DNA of 22,976 nt from Sulfurimonadaceae bacterium (GTDB lineage Bacteria; Campylobacterota; Campylobacteria; Campylobacterales; Sulfurimonadaceae). How positions within the stretch are numbered: the stretch's first letter is position 1; each line of letters opens with the position of its first letter. The DNA is taken from positions 1 through 22,976 of the forward strand of contig JBFEXS010000024.1 of the NCBI GenBank assembly GCA_041562555.1, written 5' to 3'. Below, piece after piece: positions 1-9,158 of the stretch. The notes beneath the pieces were generated by a model. That model searched no databases, was not told where the DNA came from, and saw only the letters and a list, made by a program, of their open reading frames with translations. A program made the translations under genes and the position numbers.

Positions 1-2
1 CT

Positions 3-3000
3 ATCGCCCGGTATGACCACCCCCCTATTGAGATCGGTGAACATCTGTATGGACGGGAAACTGAGCTCAAACAACTCAAAAAGATCTTATCAGAGGCACT
101 TCTTTTGGATCCCGTTCGCCTGTTCATCTCCGGTGATTCCGGCATCGGGAAAACGCGCCTGGCAGAAGAGTTCTTCACCTATTTTTCTCCCCATAATGTC
201 GCAATCGTCCGATCCAAGTTTGAACAGCTCAACGATCCGACACCCTACTTCAGTTTCAAACAGCTTTTTTCACAACTCTATATCCTTCTGATGAGCCAGC
301 TTATTCCCAATAATCTCTCTGAATTAAGCGCAAAGAACATGGCACTGTTGCGATTTACCTTTAATGAGTTGAGTCCCCTCTTTTCAAAAACAAAGAAGAC
401 ATTCCTGCATGACTTGGGAGATATGCGTACACAACTTCCCTTGGCCGTCAAAGAGTTCTTTAACCTTGTTGCCACACGGGAAAAACCTCTCATCCTCTTT
501 ATTGATGACTTACAGTGGGCAGATGAAGGTTCTGTCCGATTGATCAAAGAAGGACTCTTTAGCTCACAAAATCCCTATCTTCACCTCATCTGCTCTTACC
601 GGAGCAGTGAACTCAGTCATAACGCTTCTGCCAATCAACTTGTTGTTCATTCCAGGGAACAAGGAAGTTTCCAAGACATCAACCTCCAACCTTTAACTCA
701 GGACAGCGTGTCGACCATGCTTCAAGAACTTTTCCATAAAGACTCCCGAAGCCTGGAAGAACTCTCCGAAGTCTTGTACACAAAAACGAATGGAAACCCC
801 TTTTATATTAAGACCTTCATCCAGTTCTTAATTCAAAAAAATGAGCTCTATTATCAAAACGGAGAGTGGGGTTTCTCTATCAAAAATATCCAAAAGCATA
901 ATGCCAGTGTCAATCTCGTCTCCCTGATCATGGCAAAGTTCAAAAGCCTGAGCAAACAACAGCAATCCTGCCTTCAGTATCTTTCCATTTTGGGAAGTAA
1001 CTATAGACTTGACCTCAGTGAACAACTGCTGACAACATTAGGCTTTGATCATGATATGATGCATGAGCTTGAAAAAAAAGGGTTTATCACCCTCTCCACG
1101 ACTGAATATCAATTTGTTCACGATCAGCTGCAGCTTAGTATTTACGCCGGTCTCGATGATCAGACTAAACGTAAATTGCATTACCATATTGCACACATAC
1201 TAGAAGATGCCTATAAAGCCAAAACATTTCATGATATCCTGAAGCTCACCTATCACTTTGATCATGCCTACCCGGAGGGCAGATATCCTCAAAAGCTTTT
1301 TGCCTACAACATCTGTGCCATAGAACAGACCCTTAACAATAATGCCTATGAGGCTGCCCTGAAAAAAGTAGAATGGGTTCATCATACGCTTTTTGATAAA
1401 ACTCTATACAAGAAGCATCCGAAACTCTGTTTTGACTATCTCTATCTGAGATCCAAGACCTTTTATCTTAATGCCCTTTCGGACAAGGCCTATGCACAAT
1501 TGCAAGACCTCCTTCCCCTGGCAAAAAAACGTGAACAGCGTCTACTCAGTTTCAAACTCTTTAAAGATATCAGCGTTACCCAAGGCAAGCATTTTCATGA
1601 GCTTGTCCATTTTGGGAACGAGCTGCTGCTGGATTTAGGCCTTAATGTACCTCACGATGCTGCCTCACTCAAAGAAAGTGTCGATATGCTTTTGACACAG
1701 ATCCAACACAACCCCCTGCACCATAACCCCAAAGAAATCCTTAAACTCAAGCATCTTGACGATGCAAAACTGCGTAAGGTAATGTCTCTCCTGGTGGATT
1801 ACTGGGAGGCAGCCTATTATCTTGCGGATATCGACTTGATGCAGTGGAGCGCCTTGAATATTATCAACACCTCCTTTCATCACGGGAATACCAGTGAATC
1901 CTGTTTTGCCTATGTTCTCTACGGTGCACAGCTTTCTAACCGCCAAGAATACAAAAAGGCAGCCGATTTTGCACAAGTCGCGCTCAAACTCAATCATGAC
2001 TTTGACGATAGGCAGATGCTTCCAAAGGTCTATAACTTCGTCGCCAATTTCATTAATCCCTATACAAAGTCCTTCTCATCCAATATCCCTCTGTATGAAA
2101 AGAGCCTGCATCAAAGCAAACTAAACGGAGATATCATTTTTGGAACCTGGGCAAACTTCCTAATGCACTTTTCTGACTTCCTATCCGGGAACTCACTGGA
2201 CGAACTGCAGCAGCATATTGATCAAGAGAGTCAATTTATTTTAAACTCCGGTGATGAGAAAATGATTGCTATCTTTAATCAGCTTCGGTACACGATCAAT
2301 GCGCTTCAAGCAGGCGACTCAAGCTTTGATTATGATGAGAAGAAAGCGCTGGAACTTTGGACAAAAGAGCAGTTTTATCCGGCCCTGTCATGGTATGCCA
2401 TCATCAAAGCCCAGGAGGCCTTTCTGGGAGGTATGATCGAGCAGGGATTAGAGTACCTCGACACCTATGCGCTTACAAGTGAGAATGAAGTCATCATGTT
2501 CCCGAAGATACGGCTCCATTTTATTCGGGCGCTTCTCTATTTGGGCAAGAAGGAATCTCTGAGCGTAAAGGAACAGACACAACGCGATGATGATATTCAG
2601 ATCTGTCAGACTCTTGCCAAGACCAGTCCCAAGCAGTTTAGGTTTGGCCAGTTGCTGCTCAAAGCAGAATCCATGAAAAGCACCCGTTCCTTATGGGATG
2701 TTGCCAAAATGTACGACAAAGCACTAAAAGCAGCACACACTATGCAAAACCCATTGTTTATTGGTCTTGTCGGTATCTGTGCAAAACGTTTTTTTGACGG
2801 ACATCATCTATCTGACCTGAGCCACTTCTATTTCAAAGAAGCCGTCATCGGTCTCGAACAATGGGGTGCCTACAGCTGTGTCAGACAACTCAGAGAAAGT
2901 GATCAAAAAGAGCTCGAAACCAATATACAGACCGCTCTTGACAGTATCCATCTCCCTATTGACAAAGAGAGCTCCTTCACAAATAATGCCGCCACGAACT

Positions 3001-4952
3001 GGCAAAGCCTTCTAAAATCCTTTAATGCGATATCCCAAAGTAACAGCAGTAGCGAGCTGATTTACACCCTTATGCAGATTATCCTGGAGAATGCCACTGC
3101 GAGCAAGGCATCCCTTGTCCTGAAGGAGGGAGAAAAATTCAAACTCAAAGCACAGATCGATTTTGAAACGGAAGAGGTCAAGCTATGTGACCTTCCTATG
3201 CAAGAGAATTCCTCAATACCATATCATCTGCTCTCGTATGTTATCAATACGCAAAAGAATCTAATACTCCAGTACCCGGCCCAAAACAGTCAGTTTCAGG
3301 TTGATCCCTATATCAAAAAATTTACACCGGTATCATGTCTGAGTATCCCGGTTCTCCTAGATGGTTCCCTGAGGGCTCTTTTATATATTGAGAACCGTTT
3401 TCTTGTCACACTTTTTGATGAAGAAAAGATCAAGACCCTAGAACTCCTACTAACACAAGCGATGATCATCTTTCAAAACACGAGTCTGCTAGAGAATTTA
3501 AAACAGAGTGAAGAAAAACTGAACAAAGCCCAGGAGATCGCTCATGTAGGAAGCTGGCAATATAATTCCGAGACAAAGGATATCACATGGTCCGCCGAGA
3601 CCTACCGTATCTACAACCTTGAGCCCTTTAGCATAGAGATCAATGGTGATTGGTTTTTCCAGCACCTCTATCCCGATGACATGGTCACCATCTCTCAGGC
3701 AGTGGAAAAATCTCTGAGCACCCATGCAGCATATGATGTCCGACATACGATATTGACCGCAGATAATCAAGAGAAATTTGTACATCAACGGGGTGAGGTC
3801 TTCCTAGAGAACGGGGTGAAGTTTATCACCGGGACGATCCAGGACATTACGCAGGCCCAAGCTTCCAAACAACAGATCATGCGCCTCTCTCAAGTCGTCG
3901 ATCAAAGTCCTTTTACGACCATCATAACCGATTTAAACGGTATCATCGAATATACCAATACCCAAACCACCCTTATGACAGGCTATACTCAAGAGGAGCT
4001 GGTTGGACATAAGATGAGTATTTTCAGATCCGATATGCATACCAATGAGTTTTACGCGGAACTTTGGCATGTCATCAAAGACAAAAAGCAGATCTGGAAA
4101 GGTCAACTTTTCAATAGGATGAAAGACGGGAAGACCATCGATTGTTTTTCAACCATCTTCCCTATTTTAAATACCAATAATGAGCCTATGAACTTTGTCA
4201 CGATCCAAGAAGATGTTACCCAGCAAAACCTCAAAGACAAGCTCTTACTGATGCAGACACGTCAGGCACAGATGGGGGAGATGCTCTCTATGATCGCTCA
4301 CCAATGGCGACAGCCGCTGTCTATCATCAATGCGTTGGTTCATTCCCAACGTATCAACCTGCTCCTGAACCAGATTGACACGGAAGAGCTTTCCAAATGT
4401 TATGACGATATTGAAACGCAGATTGAGTATCTGACACGCACAATTACGGATTTCAGAGACTTTTTCAGACCGGACAAAGAGAGTATGATGACGAACAGCT
4501 CTACCATCATTTCCAAGGCCCTCAACCTCCTCGAACACAGTATAAACCAACAGGGGGTAGAGATACGTCTGAACCTCACCTCCGAATCGGATTACAGGAC
4601 CTTTGAGCACGAGGTGGAACAGGTTATACTCAATCTGATCAAAAATGCCCAAGATGTCTTTAAAGAGCGTGATATCAAAGAGCCGTGCATCTACATTGGC
4701 AGTGCTGAAATTAAAGATGAAGCAATTATTACAATTGAAGACAATGCTAAAGGTATTAGTAAGGATGTACTTGATACTCTATTTTTACCGTATATTTCAA
4801 CTAAAAGTCAAAAACATGGAACTGGATTAGGACTATATATGAGTAAAACCATTATCGAAGATCACTGTAAAGGGAAACTTTTCGTTACAAATACTCCGCT
4901 AGGGGCCAAGTTTACGATCTCCATTCCATTATCAGAGGCTTCCGATGTCTGA
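3..4952 (+). CDS. Large multidomain sensor: AAA_16-type P-loop ATPase, helical region, GAF, 2x PAS, HisKA and HATPase_c (Ser/Thr kinase/ATPase/histidine kinase 'trifunctional' family); 5'-truncated by the window edge
   Basis: The frame is open from base 3 (IARYDHPPIEIGEHLYGRETELKQLKKIL...), so the TTG at 105 is not the real start; LYGRExE is the usual lead-in to the ATPase domain in this family. Motifs: Walker A GDSGIGKT, Walker B LILFIDDLQWAD, TNGNPFYI, FVHD; GAF (SCLSIPV...LLYIEN); PAS (HVGSWQY...WSAETYRIY; second PAS VVDQSPFTTIITD); H-box MGEMLSMIAHQWRQPL; N-box NLIKNAQD; G1 DNAKGI; G2 GTGLGL. An N-terminal Ser/Thr kinase domain is inferred, not visible. Confidence 0.9.
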   Translation: MARYDHPPIEIGEHLYGRETELKQLKKILSEALLLDPVRLFISGDSGIGKTRLAEEFFTYFSPHNVAIVRSKFEQLNDPTPYFSFKQLFSQLYILLMSQLIPNNLSELSAKNMALLRFTFNELSPLFSKTKKTFLHDLGDMRTQLPLAVKEFFNLVATREKPLILFIDDLQWADEGSVRLIKEGLFSSQNPYLHLICSYRSSELSHNASANQLVVHSREQGSFQDINLQPLTQDSVSTMLQELFHKDSRSLEELSEVLYTKTNGNPFYIKTFIQFLIQKNELYYQNGEWGFSIKNIQKHNASVNLVSLIMAKFKSLSKQQQSCLQYLSILGSNYRLDLSEQLLTTLGFDHDMMHELEKKGFITLSTTEYQFVHDQLQLSIYAGLDDQTKRKLHYHIAHILEDAYKAKTFHDILKLTYHFDHAYPEGRYPQKLFAYNICAIEQTLNNNAYEAALKKVEWVHHTLFDKTLYKKHPKLCFDYLYLRSKTFYLNALSDKAYAQLQDLLPLAKKREQRLLSFKLFKDISVTQGKHFHELVHFGNELLLDLGLNVPHDAASLKESVDMLLTQIQHNPLHHNPKEILKLKHLDDAKLRKVMSLLVDYWEAAYYLADIDLMQWSALNIINTSFHHGNTSESCFAYVLYGAQLSNRQEYKKAADFAQVALKLNHDFDDRQMLPKVYNFVANFINPYTKSFSSNIPLYEKSLHQSKLNGDIIFGTWANFLMHFSDFLSGNSLDELQQHIDQESQFILNSGDEKMIAIFNQLRYTINALQAGDSSFDYDEKKALELWTKEQFYPALSWYAIIKAQEAFLGGMIEQGLEYLDTYALTSENEVIMFPKIRLHFIRALLYLGKKESLSVKEQTQRDDDIQICQTLAKTSPKQFRFGQLLLKAESMKSTRSLWDVAKMYDKALKAAHTMQNPLFIGLVGICAKRFFDGHHLSDLSHFYFKEAVIGLEQWGAYSCVRQLRESDQKELETNIQTALDSIHLPIDKESSFTNNAATNWQSLLKSFNAISQSNSSSELIYTLMQIILENATASKASLVLKEGEKFKLKAQIDFETEEVKLCDLPMQENSSIPYHLLSYVINTQKNLILQYPAQNSQFQVDPYIKKFTPVSCLSIPVLLDGSLRALLYIENRFLVTLFDEEKIKTLELLLTQAMIIFQNTSLLENLKQSEEKLNKAQEIAHVGSWQYNSETKDITWSAETYRIYNLEPFSIEINGDWFFQHLYPDDMVTISQAVEKSLSTHAAYDVRHTILTADNQEKFVHQRGEVFLENGVKFITGTIQDITQAQASKQQIMRLSQVVDQSPFTTIITDLNGIIEYTNTQTTLMTGYTQEELVGHKMSIFRSDMHTNEFYAELWHVIKDKKQIWKGQLFNRMKDGKTIDCFSTIFPILNTNNEPMNFVTIQEDVTQQNLKDKLLLMQTRQAQMGEMLSMIAHQWRQPLSIINALVHSQRINLLLNQIDTEELSKCYDDIETQIEYLTRTITDFRDFFRPDKESMMTNSSTIISKALNLLEHSINQQGVEIRLNLTSESDYRTFEHEVEQVILNLIKNAQDVFKERDIKEPCIYIGSAEIKDEAIITIEDNAKGISKDVLDTLFLPYISTKSQKHGTGLGLYMSKTIIEDHCKGKLFVTNTPLGAKFTISIPLSEASDV

Positions 4953-7104
4953 TTTTTCGATCTTGAAACAAGTGCAGGAAGCCTGTTCTTCCTTAAACAT
5001 GCTCTATGTTGAAGATGACACTATCCTTTCTGAAGCGACGATGAAAACCCTTCGTGCCTTTTTTCAATCCGTCACCCTTGCCAATGACGGGAAAGAGGGG
5101 CTCGAACTCTATAAGAACAATCACTACGACATTGTCTTGAGCGATATCCTGATGCCCCATATGGATGGCAAAGAGATGTCCAGAGAGATACGCAAGATCA
5201 ATCCCGACCAAGCGATCATCATCATGTCTGCCCATGAAGAAGCGGAGTTTCTGATGGAACTTATTGAGATCGGTATAGACAAATTTGTTCAAAAACCCCC
5301 CGATATCAAACGTTTGGCACAAGCGATACTCGCAACGGCGCATAATATCAACAATGCCAAAAAAGTCGCTGAACTTGTCAACCTGACACGTCAAGACTTG
5401 GCTGAGTCCAGAGAGCTTCTACGTACGATTATCGATACCGTTCCCGTACGGATATTTTGGAAGGACCTTGATTCAAACTATCTTGGCTGCAACCGTCTTT
5501 TCGCCAATGATGCAGGTCTCAAAGACCAGAGTGAACTGATCGGGAAAACCGACTTTCAGCTCCCCTGGAAAAGAGAAGCACAAAGCTATGTCGATGATGA
5601 CCGATACGTCATCACTTCCGGAAAGGAAAAGATCTCCTATGATGAGGAACAGACCCATGAGGACGGTTCACGTATTTGGGTCACCACCTCAAAGACACCC
5701 CTTCGCAACGAGGATGATGAGATCATCGGTATCCTGGGAGCCTATGTAGACGTAACAGCACAAAAGGAAGCAATGGTTGCTGTACAGAAGGCTCGCGATG
5801 AGTTGGGCTATCAGGCCGAACATGACACCCTTACCGGTCTGCCGAACCGGACCCTCTATTTTGACCGCTTACACCAGGCCATTAATAAATCCTCACGAAA
5901 CGGGACAAAGACAGCTGTCATCTTTATAGACCTTGACCGTTTTAAAGAGATCAATGACTCCTTGGGACATGAGACCGGAGACAATGTCGTTAAAAGCCTG
6001 GCAAAACGTTTGTCATCCCAACTCAGACAGATCGATACGATTGCCCGGTTCGGTGGAGATGAGTTCATCATCTTGATCGAGTCCTTTGCCGACATGCAGG
6101 ATGTTCAGGAGGTCCTCAATAAACTCATGGATTCCATGAAAGAGCCTTTTGACATCAATGGACACAAGCTGCTTCTTACCATGAGCGCAGGAGTCAGTAT
6201 CTATCCCGATGACGGTGATGATGCAGAAGTACTGATCCGAAATGCCGATACTGCTATGTACAGGGCAAAAGACGACGGGCGTAACACCTCGCACTTTTAC
6301 ACCAAAGAACTCACCAAACAAAGCTTTGCGCATATGGTCATGTCTAAAAACATCCGGGACGCTCTCGAAGCCAAAGAGTTTGTCGTCTATTATCAACCCC
6401 AGATCGATGGAAGAAACAAGCAGTTGATCGGTATGGAAGCCCTCATACGGTGGATCAGCCCCAGTGAAGGGTTCATCTCCCCTGCAGAGTTCATCCCTAT
6501 TGCCGAAGATTACGGTCTGATTGATCAACTCGGACGATATGTCTTCCTGGAATCCGTCAGCCAGATCACAAGATGGTATCAACAGGGCCTGAATCCTGGG
6601 CGTATTTCCATTAATCTATCCACAATCGAACTGCAGCAAAAAGAGTTTGTCGACTCCATCAAGACATGCCTGGAGGAACATAAATGCAATCCTGACTGGA
6701 TAGAACTTGAAATCACCGAAGGGTATACCATGAAGCATCCGGACACTGCTATCGAGATGCTTCAGGAGTTAAGAGACCTGGGGATTCACCTTTCGATCGA
6801 TGATTTCGGCACAGGATATTCATCTCTGTCCTATCTTAAAAGGCTCCCGATTCATAAACTGAAAATCGATCAGACCTTTGTCCAAGACTTACCGAACAAT
6901 GTCCATGATATTGCCATTGTTGAATCGATCATCTCTATGGCACAAGCAATGAAATTTGATGTGATTGCCGAAGGTGTAGAGACCCTCGCACAACACGAGT
7001 TTCTGGTCGACAAGGGTTGTGATAATATTCAGGGATATTACTATGCCAAACCCATGCCCGCCGAAGAGATGGAAGAGTTTATCAAGAACTTTCCGAATAT
7101 CTAA
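4945..7104 (+). CDS. Response-regulator diguanylate cyclase/phosphodiesterase (REC-PAS-GGDEF-EAL)
   Basis: REC: LYVEDD, LSDILMPHMDG, IMSAH, QKP. PAS: FWKDLDSNYLGCN. GGDEF: HDTLTGLPNR, IDLDRFK, RFGGDEF with I-site RQID. EAL: MEALIRW, ELEITEG, DDFGTGYSS, KIDQTFV, IAEGVET, QGYYY. The start overlaps the kinase stop by 8 bp (ATGTCTGA), with AGAGG at 4934-4938. Confidence 0.95.
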   Translation: MSDFSILKQVQEACSSLNMLYVEDDTILSEATMKTLRAFFQSVTLANDGKEGLELYKNNHYDIVLSDILMPHMDGKEMSREIRKINPDQAIIIMSAHEEAEFLMELIEIGIDKFVQKPPDIKRLAQAILATAHNINNAKKVAELVNLTRQDLAESRELLRTIIDTVPVRIFWKDLDSNYLGCNRLFANDAGLKDQSELIGKTDFQLPWKREAQSYVDDDRYVITSGKEKISYDEEQTHEDGSRIWVTTSKTPLRNEDDEIIGILGAYVDVTAQKEAMVAVQKARDELGYQAEHDTLTGLPNRTLYFDRLHQAINKSSRNGTKTAVIFIDLDRFKEINDSLGHETGDNVVKSLAKRLSSQLRQIDTIARFGGDEFIILIESFADMQDVQEVLNKLMDSMKEPFDINGHKLLLTMSAGVSIYPDDGDDAEVLIRNADTAMYRAKDDGRNTSHFYTKELTKQSFAHMVMSKNIRDALEAKEFVVYYQPQIDGRNKQLIGMEALIRWISPSEGFISPAEFIPIAEDYGLIDQLGRYVFLESVSQITRWYQQGLNPGRISINLSTIELQQKEFVDSIKTCLEEHKCNPDWIELEITEGYTMKHPDTAIEMLQELRDLGIHLSIDDFGTGYSSLSYLKRLPIHKLKIDQTFVQDLPNNVHDIAIVESIISMAQAMKFDVIAEGVETLAQHEFLVDKGCDNIQGYYYAKPMPAEEMEEFIKNFPNI

Positions 7105-7208
7105 AATCGTCTCTCCTTTGCTTTTTGGTTTATGCATTGCGGTAAACAATAGTTTTAGAATAAAAAGTCTACAATAGCATCCATAGACTTATATTTTTTA
7201 GGATAATT

Positions 7209-9158
7209 ATGTTTTTAGATTTTGATGTCAACCTGGATACCGCTATTGAAGAGTTAACATCTCTGCTGAATAAGAGTAGAGATGAGATAGATGCCCTGCT
7301 GAAGATTGAGCAAAAGAGTTATGAGAATTTTGTCAAACCCTTTGAGATGATTGATGAACGCCTTGAGTGGTTTTTTACGCCAATATCGCACCTCAATTCC
7401 GTAAACAACTCTGAACAGACACAAGCTGTATATGCTGATGCCCTTCCGCTATTGACAGAATATGGCACAGAGGTCTCCCAGAACGAAGCTATCTACAAAG
7501 CCTTTAAATCCATCAAAGAGCGTGAAGGTGCTCAACTGAACCAGGAACAAAACCAGGTCCTAGATCACAACATACGAGATTTTGAACTCAGCGGCGCCCA
7601 TCTGGATGAGAATAAAAAGGCGCGACTCAAAGAGATCAATCTGCGAAAAAGTACCCTCAGCAATGACTTCTCCCAAAACCTTTTGGATGCGACAAATGCT
7701 TATGAGCTGATCATCTCCGAAGAAAAGGATGTGGAGGGCATCCCGGCTTCTGATCTGGAAAATGCCAGACAGGAGGACGGAAGCTACAAGTTCACCCTTC
7801 AGATGCCATCATATATCGCGTATATGACCTATGGCAAGAACCGTAAACTCAGAGAAGAGTTATACAAGGCCTACACGACCAGAGCACCTGAGAATGCCGA
7901 AATTATCGATGAGTTGATGCAGCTGCGCCAAGAGATGGCACAGCTACTTGGTTTCAATAATTATGCAGAACTCTCAATCGCTCCCAAGATGGCTACTTCG
8001 ACCGATAAGGTGATTCACTTCCTGGAAGAGCTTGCCAGTGCATCAAAAGCCCAGGCAAAACGTGAACTCTCGGAGCTTGAAGCCCTTGCAAAAGCAGAGG
8101 GCGAATCGGATATACAAAGCTTTGATACGGCTTACTATTCGGAGATTCTGAAAAAACAGAAATATTCAATCGATGAAGAAGCCTATCGTCCCTATTTTGA
8201 ACAGAAGTCTGTGGTCCAGGGGCTCTTTGATTTCTTGAACAAACTGCTTGATATTGAGTTTAAAGCCGTTGATATCCCATTGTGGGATGCAAAAGCTTCT
8301 GCCTATGACCTCTATTTTGACGGGAAACTCCGTTCCCGCCTCTATATCGACCTTGAAGCACGAAGTTCCAAACGAGGTGGAGCCTGGATGAACAATTGGC
8401 AGACGCACTGTCAGGATGAACAGGGCGACACCATTCTCTCTTCAGCCTATATCGTATGTAACTTCCCTGCCTCCGGTGAGAGCTCCCCTTCTCTTTTACG
8501 TCATGACGATGTTGTGACCCTTTTCCACGAGATGGGACATGCACTGCACCATATGATGAGCCGTGTCAATGAGAACTCGGTGAGCGGTGTGAATGGAGTC
8601 GAATGGGATGCCGTTGAGTTTCCTTCACAGTTCTTGGAGAACTTTGCCTATGAGCCTCAAGTACTTCGTCTGTTTGCAAAGCATCATGAAAGCGGTGAGG
8701 TGCTTCCTGATGATATGATCGCCAAACTGGATGAGACACGCAACTTCCAATCTGCTATGGGGATGTTACGTCAGTTGGAGTTCTCTCTCTTTGATTTTAA
8801 ACTGCATATGAAACTGCATACGGGAGACGAAGTACAGGAACTGCTGGATTCTATCCGTCAAGAAGTAAGCCTTATCAACCCACCGAAATACAATAAGTTC
8901 CAAAATGGCTTTGCCCATATTTTTGCCGGCGGTTATGCTGCAGGTTATTATTCATATAAATGGGCAGAGGTACTCTCTGCAGATGCTTTCTTCCATTTTG
9001 TAGACAATGGAATCTTTGAGGAGGAGATCGCCGCTTCCTATAGAGATGTTATTCTTGGCCTTGGCGGAAGTGAGAGTATGTCGGTACTCTTTGAGCAGTT
9101 TATGGGACGGGAGCTTGATACGACCGGTCTCTTACGTCTTAATGGTATCGCTGCATGA
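7209..9158 (+). CDS. prlC: M3-family metallopeptidase, oligopeptidase A
   Basis: Zinc motif TLFHEMGHALH, third ligand in WDAVEFPSQFLEN, KRGGAWM, and FAHIFAGGYAAGYYSYKWAEVL; 649 aa; AGGA RBS upstream. Confidence 0.92.
   Translation: MFLDFDVNLDTAIEELTSLLNKSRDEIDALLKIEQKSYENFVKPFEMIDERLEWFFTPISHLNSVNNSEQTQAVYADALPLLTEYGTEVSQNEAIYKAFKSIKEREGAQLNQEQNQVLDHNIRDFELSGAHLDENKKARLKEINLRKSTLSNDFSQNLLDATNAYELIISEEKDVEGIPASDLENARQEDGSYKFTLQMPSYIAYMTYGKNRKLREELYKAYTTRAPENAEIIDELMQLRQEMAQLLGFNNYAELSIAPKMATSTDKVIHFLEELASASKAQAKRELSELEALAKAEGESDIQSFDTAYYSEILKKQKYSIDEEAYRPYFEQKSVVQGLFDFLNKLLDIEFKAVDIPLWDAKASAYDLYFDGKLRSRLYIDLEARSSKRGGAWMNNWQTHCQDEQGDTILSSAYIVCNFPASGESSPSLLRHDDVVTLFHEMGHALHHMMSRVNENSVSGVNGVEWDAVEFPSQFLENFAYEPQVLRLFAKHHESGEVLPDDMIAKLDETRNFQSAMGMLRQLEFSLFDFKLHMKLHTGDEVQELLDSIRQEVSLINPPKYNKFQNGFAHIFAGGYAAGYYSYKWAEVLSADAFFHFVDNGIFEEEIAASYRDVILGLGGSESMSVLFEQFMGRELDTTGLLRLNGIAA

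Noticed and set aside
105..107. TTG start proposed by the ORF track for the kinase
   Set aside because: The frame is open to the window edge and encodes the conserved LYGRE motif upstream, so the gene starts outside the window.
4701..4847. The low-GC patch as a diversity-generating retroelement variable region
   Set aside because: No template repeat or reverse transcriptase is visible in the window, and the protein motifs are conserved rather than diversified.
6013..6582. 189-aa antisense ORF and the other short overlapping ORFs in the track
   Set aside because: They are shadows of well-supported genes and have no recognisable motifs.
8799..8820. Direct repeat AAACTGCATA x2 in prlC
   Set aside because: It simply encodes KLHMKLH and has only two copies.
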